Positions 10,764 to 20,376 of a DNA stretch of 64,000 nucleotides are shown here, in pieces. This DNA is from an uncultured delta proteobacterium. GTDB lineage: Bacteria; Desulfobacterota; Zymogenia; Zymogenales; Zymogenaceae. Under the pieces are notes generated by a model. It was not told where the DNA came from, did not search any database, and was given only the letters and a program-made list of their open reading frames with translations. Each line of letters begins with the position of its first letter. Positions within the stretch are counted from its first letter, which is position 1. Where the stretch lies: contig CAWELC010000011.1 of the NCBI GenBank assembly GCA_963809875.1, positions 1,275 to 65,274 of the forward strand, written 5' to 3'. The position numbers and the translations under genes were made by a program.

Positions 10764-11547
10764 TCATCGGTGATGAAACTCTTCCATGCCGGTTTCCCTT
10801 ATCTCAGGGTCGTCATGAGGACCTGAAAGAGATCGCTCCCCAGCAGGAGCCATGAGATGAGCCCCCGTTACGGCCGACAGGATTCTGCTGAAAATATGCG
10901 AAACGGGTCGAGGAAGAGGATCGCCACCACGATGATCATCCCGAACGGCTCGATGTTGGAGTAGGCCCGCGCCGCGCCCTCCGGGAAGCAGCCCGACGGC
11001 GATTCTGCCGCCGTCCAGCGGAGGGATGGGTATCAGGTTGAAGATGGCAAGGATCACCGACAGGAAGAAGGTGTAGAAGAGTATATAGGCGGCCGAGACG
11101 CAAGGGCGCTCGAGCACTCCCACCGAGGCGCCGTGCGACATGATCTGTTCGATCAGACCCGGATCGGCCGATCACCAGGAGCCTGAGCAGGACGGCCGCG
11201 ATCAGGGCGATGAGTATGTTGGTCGCCGGCCCCGCCAGGGCCACGAGGGCCATCCCCCGTTTGGGATTCCTCAGACGCATGAAGTTCACCGGGACGGGAC
11301 GGGCGTATCCGAAAACGAAGCCGGCCTTGAGGAGAATAAGGATTCCGGGGATGAGTATCGTCCCGATCGGGTCGATATGGGGCAGGGGATTGAGGGTAAG
11401 CCTGCCCGTATCGCGGGCGGTGGTGTCCCCGAGCTTGAGGGCGATGTATCCGTGGGCGACCTCGTGAAAGATCACCGCGATCATGATCGGGATGATCCAG
11501 AGGAGCGCCTCCCTGATGAGTGCGAGAATATCCAGAATGACCTCCAA
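10764..11547 (-). CDS. Site-2 protease (M50) family protein (apparent frameshifts; ends approximate)
   Basis: FHEVAHG zinc motif, LTLNPLPHIDPIG, ALAGPATN, FNLIPIPPLDGGR. Confidence 0.88.
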
Positions 11548-11675
11548 AACGACGCCGGGCCGCGCGCCGTGTCGTCACGTCCGTGTCATGTCCATGTCCA
11601 TGTCATATACCGGCGGCCCGCCGGTAAAAAAACCGGCACCGTCCGCGGCTGCGGATCGCGCGACGGTTAAACCCT

Positions 11676-11706
11676 ATTATAACCACAGCGGAAACCCGTT
11701 CGTCAA
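11676..11706 (-). promoter_or_regulatory. Possible sigma70 promoter for S2P-scpAB-rluB
   Basis: Minus strand TTGACG-N19-TATAAT; spacer is longer than ideal. Confidence 0.4.
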
Positions 11707-11713
11707 GGAGAAA

Positions 11714-14415
11714 TTACGCGGGCGGCCGGTTCCTGCTGAGTGACAGTAGGTCTTCTTGACGTAGAGGAGCTCCGATCCCCGATCGGCGACCCTTCCGTCG
11801 AGCCGCTGCATCAGCAGGTCTTTCAGGATGACGGAGAATATCTCTCCCGGCTGCAATACCGAGGGATCGGAGATCGTCGCCGGTTATCTCCACCTGTGTC
11901 GCCTTGAGACGGGTAATAAAGAGCGAAATGTAGCGCCGGATCGTGTCCCTCGGGCTGATGGCCATCATGAACAGGAGCGTTTCGAGCACCGAGGGGATTG
12001 AGGATCTGGTAGATCTCGCTGGGGGCAAGCTCCCGGGCCACCGAAAGCCTCCGCATCGCCGAGGCAACCCGGTCCAGCTGCCCGATCATCTTCTTCTGAT
12101 CCTGCCGGCCGACCATAAGTCGGGCGAGGAGCTCCTTTCGCTCGTCAGCGTCCAGCTCCCAGATCAGCGCCAGCAGGTAAAGCCTCCTCTTGTCGTATGG
12201 CTCGGGCAGGAAGAGGAGATCGTACCAGGAGCAGACCTCGCCGACCTTCGAGAAGCGGGTCTCCATCTGTTCGCTGATCTTCAGGTTCGGATGGAGGAAC
12301 TTGAGAAGGTCAAAGGTGGAAAGCCGCTCGATGATGGCATACGGGTCTTCCTCGTCGAAGATGAGCTCCAGCTCCGAGAGAAGCCTGATACCGGCCAGCC
12401 GGTCGAAGACGTTGAGCTTGACGGCGTTCTTGATGAGTTTTTCCGTCTGTTTGCCAATGGTGAAGTCAAACCGCTTTTCGAAACGGATTGCCCGAAATAT
12501 CCGGGTGGGGTCCTCGACAAACGAGAGGTTCTGGATGACCCGGATGACCCTCTCTTTGAGGTCCCGGATCGCGCCAAAGAAATCGATAAGGGTGCCGAAC
12601 ACCCGGGGGTTGAGCTTTACCGCCAGGGTATTGATGGTAAAGTCGCGCCGGTAGAGGTCCAGCTTGAGCGTCGATCCCTCGACGACCGGCAGCGCCCCGG
12701 GGTATTCGTAATACTCCGTTCGAGCGGTGGCGATATCCACCTTGAAATCGTCGGGATAAACGACCACCGCGGTTCCGAATTTCTCGTGAGACCTGACGTG
12801 TACCCCGACCGTCCTTTCGAGGTGGCGTGCGAACGCGATCCCGTCTCCCTCGACGACCACGTCGATATCGAAATTATCCCGCCTGAGCCATAGATCGCGG
12901 ACAAATCCTCCGACGGCATAGGCATTGAATCCCAGGTCATCGGCCGACTTGCCGAGATTTCTCAGGATTTCCATGATGCGGGGCGTCGAGCCGCTCCTCC
13001 ATCAGCTTGACCACCGATTTTGTGCGCAGCATGGACCCGGCCTCCAGCTCCTCGTCCGGAGAGTGGCCCCGAGGGGCGGCACCGTAGTAGAGAGCGCGCA
13101 GCAGGTCGGTTCTCGTGATCGCTCCCATGAGACGGGAATCCTGAACGACGGGCAGGAACCGCTGGTTTCGGTCGATGATCAGGGCCTGGATATCCCTCAG
13201 GGGGGTCTGGGGAGTTACCGTGGCCACATCGGTGTTCATCAGCTCCCGCACCGGCAGCTGCCCGATGCCGTGGAAGAACCCCCGCTCTATCGTCTGACGG
13301 GAGATCGTCCCCAGGAGGCGGTCGCCCTCTTCGACTACCGCCAGGACGTTGACGTTGTACCGGGAGAGAATTTCCGCCGCGTCCTTGAGGGTGACCTCAG
13401 GAGAAACCGACTTGACCGGAAACGACATGATCTCGCCGGCGGTCCTGACGGGGTTCACCTTTTCGTGGAGCACCCGGATGAGCTTTTCCTTTGCCTCGAC
13501 GAGCGTCATGCCCGTGATCGTCGCCGAGGCCGCCGTCGAATGCCCGCCGCCCCCGAAGGCGAGCGTGATCTCGCCCACGTCCACTTCTTCCAGGCGGCTC
13601 CGGGCCACCAGGTACGTCCGGTCGCCCAGAAGCGCCAGCACAAAGAGGACGTTGAGGTTTTCCATGTCCTTGATCTTATGGACAAGGATGGCCAGGTCCC
13701 CGACGTATGATTCGTTGCTGATGGCAATAATCGTGATGTCAACGCCGTTTACGGTAAGGGTTTCACGGTTCCTCAAGAGCTCTCCCAGCATCTCGACCTG
13801 GTCGGCCGTCAGCTCCTGGGTGAGCATGTCGGAAACGGTGTTGAGGTTGGCGCCGTGTTTGAGCAGAAAGGCGGCCGACATGAGGTCTTCGGGCGTCGTG
13901 GACGTAAAGGAGAGGGAGCCGGTATCCTCATAGATGCCCAGCATCATGACCGTGGCTTCGTCGGGGGTCAGGGTGATAGCCCGCTCCTCGAATATCTGAG
14001 CGAAGATCGTCGTGGTGGCCCCGACCGGACGGATAACCTCGTAGGACCCGGTAATGTCTTTTTCACTGTCGGGGTGGTGATCGTAGATGTGAACGTCTAT
14101 GCCCGGCTTCTCGAGGAGCCGTTTGAACGGACCGATTCGGTCTTTTTGACGGATGTCCACGAGGATCAGCCGGTCGACCGTATCGAAGTCCACGTCTTTG
14201 AGCCGCACGAAATCGAAGGCGTAGAAGGTGGAGCGGACGAAAAAATCCCTCAGCCCTTTTTCCTGAGAACCGGAAAAAGTCATCATCGCGTCGGGATAGA
14301 GCTTTTTGGCGGCCAGCATCGACGCCATCGCGTCAAAGTCGGCGTTGACGTGCGTGGTGATTACTTCCACGACACCGCTCCCGGGCGCGCGATCGGCGCG
14401 CCGCTCCTTATTCAA
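11714..14415 (-). CDS. DHH-DHHA1-CBS-nucleotidyltransferase fusion, A-adding tRNA nucleotidyltransferase type (apparent frameshifts)
   Basis: THVNADFDA, YDHHP, GGGHSTAASA, CBS pair, then VGGFVRD, DIDVVVEGD, DLYRRDFTIN, EDPTRIFRAIRF. Confidence 0.88.
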
Positions 14416-16076
14416 GCCACCGTCGGGAGATCTTCTTGAGGGTGCCGTCGTCCTTCATCGACTTGAGCGTCGCGTCGATCTCTCCGAGAAACACGTGATC
14501 TCCCGGCCGCGGCATCGCCACCGAATAGGGGGATATGATCATCGGCTTTTCGATCGTAATGAGGTCCTCATCTTCCAGAGCGTCCGAGAGCAGAAAATCG
14601 GCGGCGTTCTTATCGACGATCGCGGCGTCGACCTCTCCCCTGCCCGAGGGCCAGAAGGCAGATTTCCGTGGACGAGTATCCTTTAGAGAATATCCCCGGG
14701 AGCTTCCGAACGTAGAGCTCCTCAACGCTGCCGGAGACAACGCCGACCTTTTTACTGATCAGCTCGAAGATCTCCTTTGGCACCAGTTTACTCTTCCTGA
14801 CCATGAGGACGGATTCCACGACCCCCCAGGGCTCGCCGGTGAGAAAAGAGGCGGTCCGCTCCTCGTCGATCATCACCATCGGCTCGATATCCGAACGTGT
14901 CGCCGCCAATCCGCTCGGGATGCGACTTCCCGAGAAGGAATTGAAGATAACCTCCCGGCCAAGCCTCCGGCCCACCTCGTTCATGGCGTCTATGACGTAT
15001 CCCACAAGGCGCCCGTCCTCATCGACATACTCGTAGGGAGGCGTCTTGACGTTGAGGGAGACGACGAGCTTGGTCTTCCTTCGCTCGGTCAGGTATTCGG
15101 GAACGTCGATTTTTCCCCAGGCCAGGAGTGATTTCCGGTCCGCTATCCTCCGGGCGGCCTCGGCCCCGAGAGTCGCGGAGAGATCGGAAAGGTCAAGCCC
15201 ACCGTTTTCGAAGGTCATCAGATAGACGCCGCCGACGGCGTTGCCTGTCAGGGCGTCGGTCAGGATCTTCTTGACGGCCGTATCGTACCGATAGATGACG
15301 GAGGCGGGCACGTATCCCGGCGCAAGTTTTCTTGCATCGTTTCCAAGCCCGATGACTGATATCTTCATCTTCCCGGCGGCGGCATAACCGCCGAGGGCGC
15401 CGGTTCCCGAGACGATAAAGACGACGTCGGCCCCCTTCTTGGCGACCTTCGTGACCGCCTCGTTCGTCTTGTCGCGGTCGTAGAGACCGTTGACGTCACC
15501 CTGGCCGGCGACGTATGCGATCATCGTCTCGGCGTCCTTGTTTGCGTCGGCTACGCCTCCCGCAAACCCGTACTCAAACCGCCTGATCGGATCGAACGGG
15601 GCGGCCCCGACAAAGGCGATCTTGTCGGTCTTGGTGATAGTTCCGGAAATGTACCCCGCCAGATAGCCCGCCTCGTTTTCCTCAAACAGGATCGATGCCA
15701 GATTGGAGAGGGGGGCGGCTTCGGCGCCGACGAGGATAAACTGCACGTCGGGATTGGCCCGGGCGGCGTCGCCAAGCGCGCCGATCATGTCGCCTTCATC
15801 CGGGGCAATAATGATATTGGCGCCGAGCGCAAGGAGGTCGCCGATGGTCTTGTCGGCGTAGAGGTCAAGACGGGGAACCCGAATGATATTGACCTTTGTA
15901 TCTTTGGCGACGGCGGCCAGGACGCCGTCTACCGCGTCGTTGTAACCGCCGTCCCCCATGCCGCGGCTGTCCATGACCCAGCCGATCGTGAGGGGGTGTT
16001 CAGCATCCTGTGCAAAGGAAAGGGGAACGAATAAGAAAAGGAAAAAGACGAAAAGCAATAGCCTGGTGCGCTTCAT
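14408..16076 (-). CDS. Secreted BMP-family substrate-binding domain fused to a family-3 (amino-acid) SBP domain (apparent frameshift near 14660)
   Basis: Signal peptide; GMGDGGYND, EAGYLAGY, GADVVF (BMP); TPPYEYVDEDGRLVGYVID and GEVDAAIVD...MKDDGTLKKISRRW (SBP_3). Confidence 0.75.
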
Positions 16077-16144
16077 AGTTCCTCCGGAATACTAAAAAAA
16101 TCGTTGCCGGCGTCCAGGACAACGCCGGCGCGCAGTACATGTCC

Positions 16145-17302
16145 CTAGATGTATCCGTCCATCAGGGAGCGGACCTTGACGGCCGCGTCTCTGCCAACTG
16201 GCGATGCCCAGCCGCTCCCGTATCCGCTCGGCCCTCGTCCTTATTTCCGGGTCCGAGATATCCCCGACGCCCCGGGCAAGCCCCGCCCTCCGGGCCAGCA
16301 CGAACAGGAGACGCTCGGACTCGGGCAGGCCCAGATACCGGTCGACGGCGGCAAGCAGTTTCTCCTTGTCGTCGGGGAGGCTTCCCCTCGACTTCCTCCA
16401 GGAGATTGAGGATATGGTCCGATACGATCGTGCTCGAAATCCCCGAGAGCCCCTCGATCAGAAGATGGATCTCGGCCGCTACCTCGTCGTCGGTCAGAAG
16501 CTCGAACTCGCCCGATTCGACGGCCTCCCACAGCGGCATGACCCGGTGGACGTGCAGCGACCTCAGCCGGATGAAATGGGGGTTAACGGCGACCAGCACC
16601 CGGGCGGTCTCCTGTCGCGTGTTCCTTCGTCCAGCGCTTCCCCCCCAGCCCCGGCATGACGTACTCGGAAAGCTCCAGCCCCGCCTCTCTCGACGTTTCG
16701 GCCGCCGCGGATGTGCTGATCTGCGGTCGTCCCCTTCTTCATGTATTTCAATACGTCGTCGGCGCCGCTCTCCATCCCGATATGGACGCGGGTCAGACCC
16801 GCCTCCCTCAGGGACGCGAGGTCCTCCGGCTTCATCCGGGCCACGGTGGACGATCGGGCATAGGTCGTGATTCGGCTGACGTGCGGAAACGCCCCTTCAG
16901 ATGGGAAAGGACCTCTGCCACCTGGGCCGGCTTCATGACAAGGCTGTCGGCGTCCTGAAGAAAGACGCTGTGACCGCCCGAGAAGAGCCAGAAGGCGACA
17001 TATTTCGCTCCCTGCCCGCCGCCCACGGCCCCCGAGAAGACCTCCCGGGCCACGGCCTCGGTCACCTCGCCTCCCTCGCCCATGCGCCGGGAGAGGGCCC
17101 TGATCTGGTCTGCCGCGGCCGCCATGGTGTCGATATCGCCCTTGATGTCGTCGACGTCGCGGATCGAAAATCGCTGCCCCTTGTAGACCGGGCAGAAGGC
17201 GCACTTGTTCCAGGGGCAATTGCGCGTCAGGCGCACAAGGAGGCTCTTCGCCTCGCTCGGCGGACGGATGGGACCCTGTTCGAAACTCGCTGAAAACACC
17301 AT
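16145..17302 (-). CDS. Radical SAM protein (several apparent frameshifts)
   Basis: EQGPIRPPSEA, CPWNKCAFC (CxxxCxxC), FLQDADSL, HIGMESG, NPHFIRLRSL; likely end VRSLMDGYI*. Confidence 0.85.
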
Positions 17303-17311
17303 AATTTTTTA

Positions 17312-17341
17312 AGTATAGCAGATAGCGGTTGTCGATGTCAA
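17312..17341 (-). promoter_or_regulatory. sigma70 promoter of the radical SAM gene
   Basis: Minus strand TTGACA-N18-TATACT with TGn extension, about 10 nt before the ATG at 17302. Confidence 0.65.
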
Positions 17342-17362
17342 TCAGAAGGAATTCGGGATTCC

Positions 17363-17446
17363 GAGTTTTGGGGACACCATACTTAATTCCGATTTCTCAA
17401 CTTGATCAAAGTATATAACGAATTAAGTATGGTGTCCCCAAAACTC
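17363..17446. repeat. REPIN-like inverted-repeat doublet, left
   Basis: GAGTTTTGGGGACACCATACTTAATTC (17363-17389) and its exact reverse complement (17420-17446), 30-nt spacer. Confidence 0.95.
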
Positions 17447-17475
17447 TTGACTCGTCGTAATGCTTTGTATATATT
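17447..17475 (+). promoter_or_regulatory. sigma70 promoter of the transposase, probably leaderless
   Basis: TTGACT(17447-52)-N17-TATATT(17470-75); ATG starts 7 nt after the -10 box; no SD. Confidence 0.7.
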
Positions 17476-17481
17476 CGTGTC

Positions 17482-18126
17482 ATGGCCAGACTGGCACGAG
17501 TCATCGCGCCCGGCTTTCCTCACCATGTCATCCAACGCGGCAACAGGCGCCTACAGACCTTCTTCTCCGACAGCGACTACCGGGCCTATCTTTCGTTTCT
17601 TTCACTCTACTGCGATAGATACTCTGTTGAGGTATGGGCGTATTGCCTCATGCCGAATCACGTCCACCTCGTCGCGATACCCCATGACGAACAAGGGCTG
17701 CGACAGGCGGTCGGCGAAACACATCGTAACTATACGCGTCTCGTCAATGCGCGGGAGGGATGGAAGGGGCACCTCTGGCAGGGACGTTTCTCGTCCTATC
17801 CGATGGATGAGCGGTACACGCTGGCCGCGGTAAGATATATAGAGACAAATCCCGTGAGGGCGAATCTTGTTAAACGGCCCGGCGATTGGCTGTGGAGCAG
17901 TGCGGGCGCGCACTTAAGAGGGGAAGTTGACGGTCTTGTAGTAAGATCACCCCTCTCGGATATGGTGGGCAATTGGAGCGACTTCCTGGCCGAAGTAACC
18001 GATTACGGCAGGGAGTTTCGGCGGAATGAAAACACCGGTAGACCTCTCGGGTCAAGGGAGTTTGTCGGCCGGCTGGAAAAGGAGCTCGAACGTCGGTTGC
18101 ATAAGATGAAAACCGGCCCAAAATAG
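17482..18126 (+). CDS. REP-associated tyrosine transposase (RAYT/TnpA-REP, Y1 HUH family)
   Basis: MARLAR..PHHVIQRGN, YCLMPNHVHL (HUH), LWQGRF, RYIETNPVRA (catalytic Tyr), WSSA, GRPLGS. Confidence 0.93.
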   Translation: MARLARVIAPGFPHHVIQRGNRRLQTFFSDSDYRAYLSFLSLYCDRYSVEVWAYCLMPNHVHLVAIPHDEQGLRQAVGETHRNYTRLVNAREGWKGHLWQGRFSSYPMDERYTLAAVRYIETNPVRANLVKRPGDWLWSSAGAHLRGEVDGLVVRSPLSDMVGNWSDFLAEVTDYGREFRRNENTGRPLGSREFVGRLEKELERRLHKMKTGPK

Positions 18127-18133
18127 GAATTAA

Positions 18134-18218
18134 GAATTAAGGGGACACCATACTTAATTACCACTTCTATTTGTCTAAACTGAAGGTTTACTAATTAAGT
18201 ATGGTGTCCCCTTAATTC
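18134..18218. repeat. REPIN-like inverted-repeat doublet, right
   Basis: GAATTAAGGGGACACCATACTTAATTA (18134-18160) and its exact reverse complement (18192-18218), 31-nt spacer. Confidence 0.95.
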
Positions 18219-18235
18219 CCCATTGTACTTCTCTA

Positions 18236-19216
18236 TTAGACATAGGGCCGTCCGTTTTCCCCGTACACCCGGCATCCGGGAAACGTAAGGGCAAAGCCGA
18301 ACCAGCGCGAGACGAGCTGCATCGGCCGGGGGGTGAAGAGCTGGTTGCCTTTTTCGTCCCGCAGTACGCCGTCCCGAACCACCTCCCCGCCGGGTAGCAC
18401 GATCTCGTCTCCCTCCCGCCGGGCCGAGGCGTCCTCGATGAAGAGCGCCGCGGGGATGTTCGATCGTGGATCGAGGTAGACCAGGATCCGCCTTCCCCCA
18501 AACTCGTCGATGATGAGGCCGCCCTTGTCCTGGATGACCTTCTTCGGGTAGTAGACGGCCGCCGTGTCCGACCAGACGCCCAGCCCGATCTCCCACCGGG
18601 GCAGACGCCGGTCCTCCTTTCCCATCGTCGATTTGGCAAGAGGGACCAGGAACCACCCCGCCCATCGGCGCATCCGGTCGAAGAAGCCGGACATAAGGCG
18701 CTCGAGGATGGATTGCCTCCCGACGGCGATCCGCGCGTCCGGGTGGGACGCAAGCGCCGAGGACGCCGTCGTATGCAAAAGGGGCGATATCGAAAGGCGC
18801 TTTCCGGCGAGCTTGCCGTGGACGCACTCGCCCGTCATATGGTCCCACCACGAGCCGGTCTCGCGGTCGCCGATCAGGACCATCCCGTTATAGGTCCCGG
18901 CCACCCGGAAAGAGAGCGGCCTGCCGTCGACTTCCGGGGTCATGACCACCCCGGTGTTGCAGGAGGGTCAGAAGAAGACCCCCCAGGCTTTGCCGGCGAG
19001 CTCTCCCTGGGCGACGTGGTAGTAGGACATCTGGGAGGTGAGCAGGACGATCGCCCCGCCGCCCCGCTCGACCACGAGGACGGGGGTGTCGGCCCTGATT
19101 TCCCCGGTCTTCAGGACGTCGGAAAGCGGCCGGGTCTCGCGGACCCGAAAAGGCCGGATCAGGCCGCCGCCGGCGGTGATGACCCGCGTGGGGTCGAACG
19201 CCGCGGTCACGGTCAT
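18236..19216 (-). CDS. DUF3179-domain probable selenoprotein (TGA at 18970-18968 read as Sec; 326 aa)
   Basis: ATG 19216 after GGAGG; ORFs 18968-19252 and 18236-18949 are in frame; reads GVFF-U-PSCNTGV; GTYNGMVLIGDRETGSWWDHMTG and RWFGFALTFP resemble DUF3179. Confidence 0.85.
18934..18954 (-). promoter_or_regulatory. Candidate bacterial SECIS element
   Basis: mRNA hairpin CCGGGGU-GGUCAUG-ACCCCGG; apical loop starts with G, 20 nt after the UGA. Confidence 0.7.
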
Positions 19217-19297
19217 GGGTCTCCTCCGTAATGTACGGTGCCCGAGCAGCACGGGCGCGTCCCGGGACCTTTCGTAGCGCGCCTTCGCGGGCGGGTC

Positions 19298-20188
19298 CTA
19301 TCCCCCCGTCCTTTCGATGAACTCGAGTATGTGTCCGGCGATCTGTTCGCCTTTCTCTTCCTGGAGGAAGTGGCCCGCGTCGGCGATAGTGATTTCCGGC
19401 TGATCGGCGGCCGTCGGGATGAGTCTCCTGAAGAACGCGTCGGCGCCTTTCGATATCGGGTCCTTGTCCGAGAAGAGCACGAGGGCGGGCTTCTCCCAGT
19501 GGGCCAGCGCGTCGCGGGTCTTCTGATTATAGACGGCCACGGGGGAGTCGGGCGCGATGGGTACCATCAGCGGCCATGCCCGGGCGCCGGCCTTGAAGGT
19601 GCCGTCGGGGAACGGGGCGGTGTAACCCGCGATGACCCGGTCGGTCACTGCCTCGGGGTGAAAGAGCCCCATCTTGATGACGAGATCGATGGGCAGGTCG
19701 GGCGTGTTCTGAACAAACTCCCGCCACCGCATAAAGGCCTCCGGGGGCTTCTTACCGGTAGGGAGCCCCGTGTTGAGAATCACCAGGCGCTTGACGAGGT
19801 GCGGGTTTTGCCCGGCAAACCACAGCCCGATCATCCCCCCCCAGTCGTGGACAACCAGGGTGATATTGGCCAGGCCGAGCTTCTGCACGAAACCCCAAAG
19901 CGTATCGGCATGTAACTGAAAGGAATAGTCGGAGGGATCGGCCGGCTTGTCGGACCTGCCGAACCCGACGAAGTCGGGCGCGACCACCCGATGGGTGCGG
20001 GCCAGCGGCCCGATCATTTTTCGATAGAGAAACGACCAGGTCGGCTCTCCGTGCAGCATGAGGACCGGCTCTCCCGACCCTTGGTCGACATAGTGGACGG
20101 TGAGCCCGCCAACCTCCACAAATCGGGGCGCGAAGGGAAAATCGGGGAGATCGTCAAACCTGCCTTCGGGAGTCCGTAGGATGTCCAT
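19298..20188 (-). CDS. Haloalkane dehalogenase-like alpha/beta hydrolase
   Basis: LRTPE.RFDDLPDFPF, HGEPTWSFLYRKMI, GFGRSDKP, nucleophile HDWGG, AGHFLQE. Confidence 0.92.
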   Translation of the reverse strand: MDILRTPEGRFDDLPDFPFAPRFVEVGGLTVHYVDQGSGEPVLMLHGEPTWSFLYRKMIGPLARTHRVVAPDFVGFGRSDKPADPSDYSFQLHADTLWGFVQKLGLANITLVVHDWGGMIGLWFAGQNPHLVKRLVILNTGLPTGKKPPEAFMRWREFVQNTPDLPIDLVIKMGLFHPEAVTDRVIAGYTAPFPDGTFKAGARAWPLMVPIAPDSPVAVYNQKTRDALAHWEKPALVLFSDKDPISKGADAFFRRLIPTAADQPEITIADAGHFLQEEKGEQIAGHILEFIERTGG

Positions 20189-20376
20189 GGCGTCCTCCTG
20201 TAAATAGTCTCTGGAGGTCTCCTCACTATTATTATCCCATCTTTCAGAGGTAAGTCAAAACCTTTCTCGGCCGTGATCGAGCGTGCCCCAGCGCGAACGC
20301 CGGCCCGGATATTTTTCCTTGACTTAACCGGTAAATTGAGCTAATTAAATGCTTTAAAACTATTACGGATTTCTGG

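Larger units (their letters stand above)
17349..18218 (+). mobile_element. REPtron-like module: RAYT gene flanked by two inverted-repeat doublets
   Basis: Four copies of the 19-bp core GGGGACACCATACTTAATT at 17370 (+), 17421 (-), 18141 (+), 18193 (-); AT-rich relative to flanks. Confidence 0.8.

Noticed and set aside
11587-11604. CATGTC x3 microrepeat
   Set aside because: Too short to argue for phase variation or function.
7506-17302. Calling the frameshifted genes pseudogenes or programmed frameshifts
   Set aside because: Housekeeping genes are affected, motifs are undegraded and no consistent slippery sites are visible; sequencing error is more parsimonious.
17402-17833. ORF beginning MIKVYNELSMVSPK, and ORF 18175-18753
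   Set aside because: Shadow translations running through the inverted repeats and overlapping real genes.
17482-18126. IS200/IS605 element with TnpB or guide RNA
   Set aside because: No tnpB/iscB ORF; protein length and motifs (QRGN, NPVRA, WSS) fit RAYT-type proteins, not the shorter IS200 TnpA.
17363-18218. CRISPR array interpretation of the repeats with 30/31-nt spacers
   Set aside because: Repeats are inverted pairs, not direct tandem copies; only two units; no cas genes in the window.
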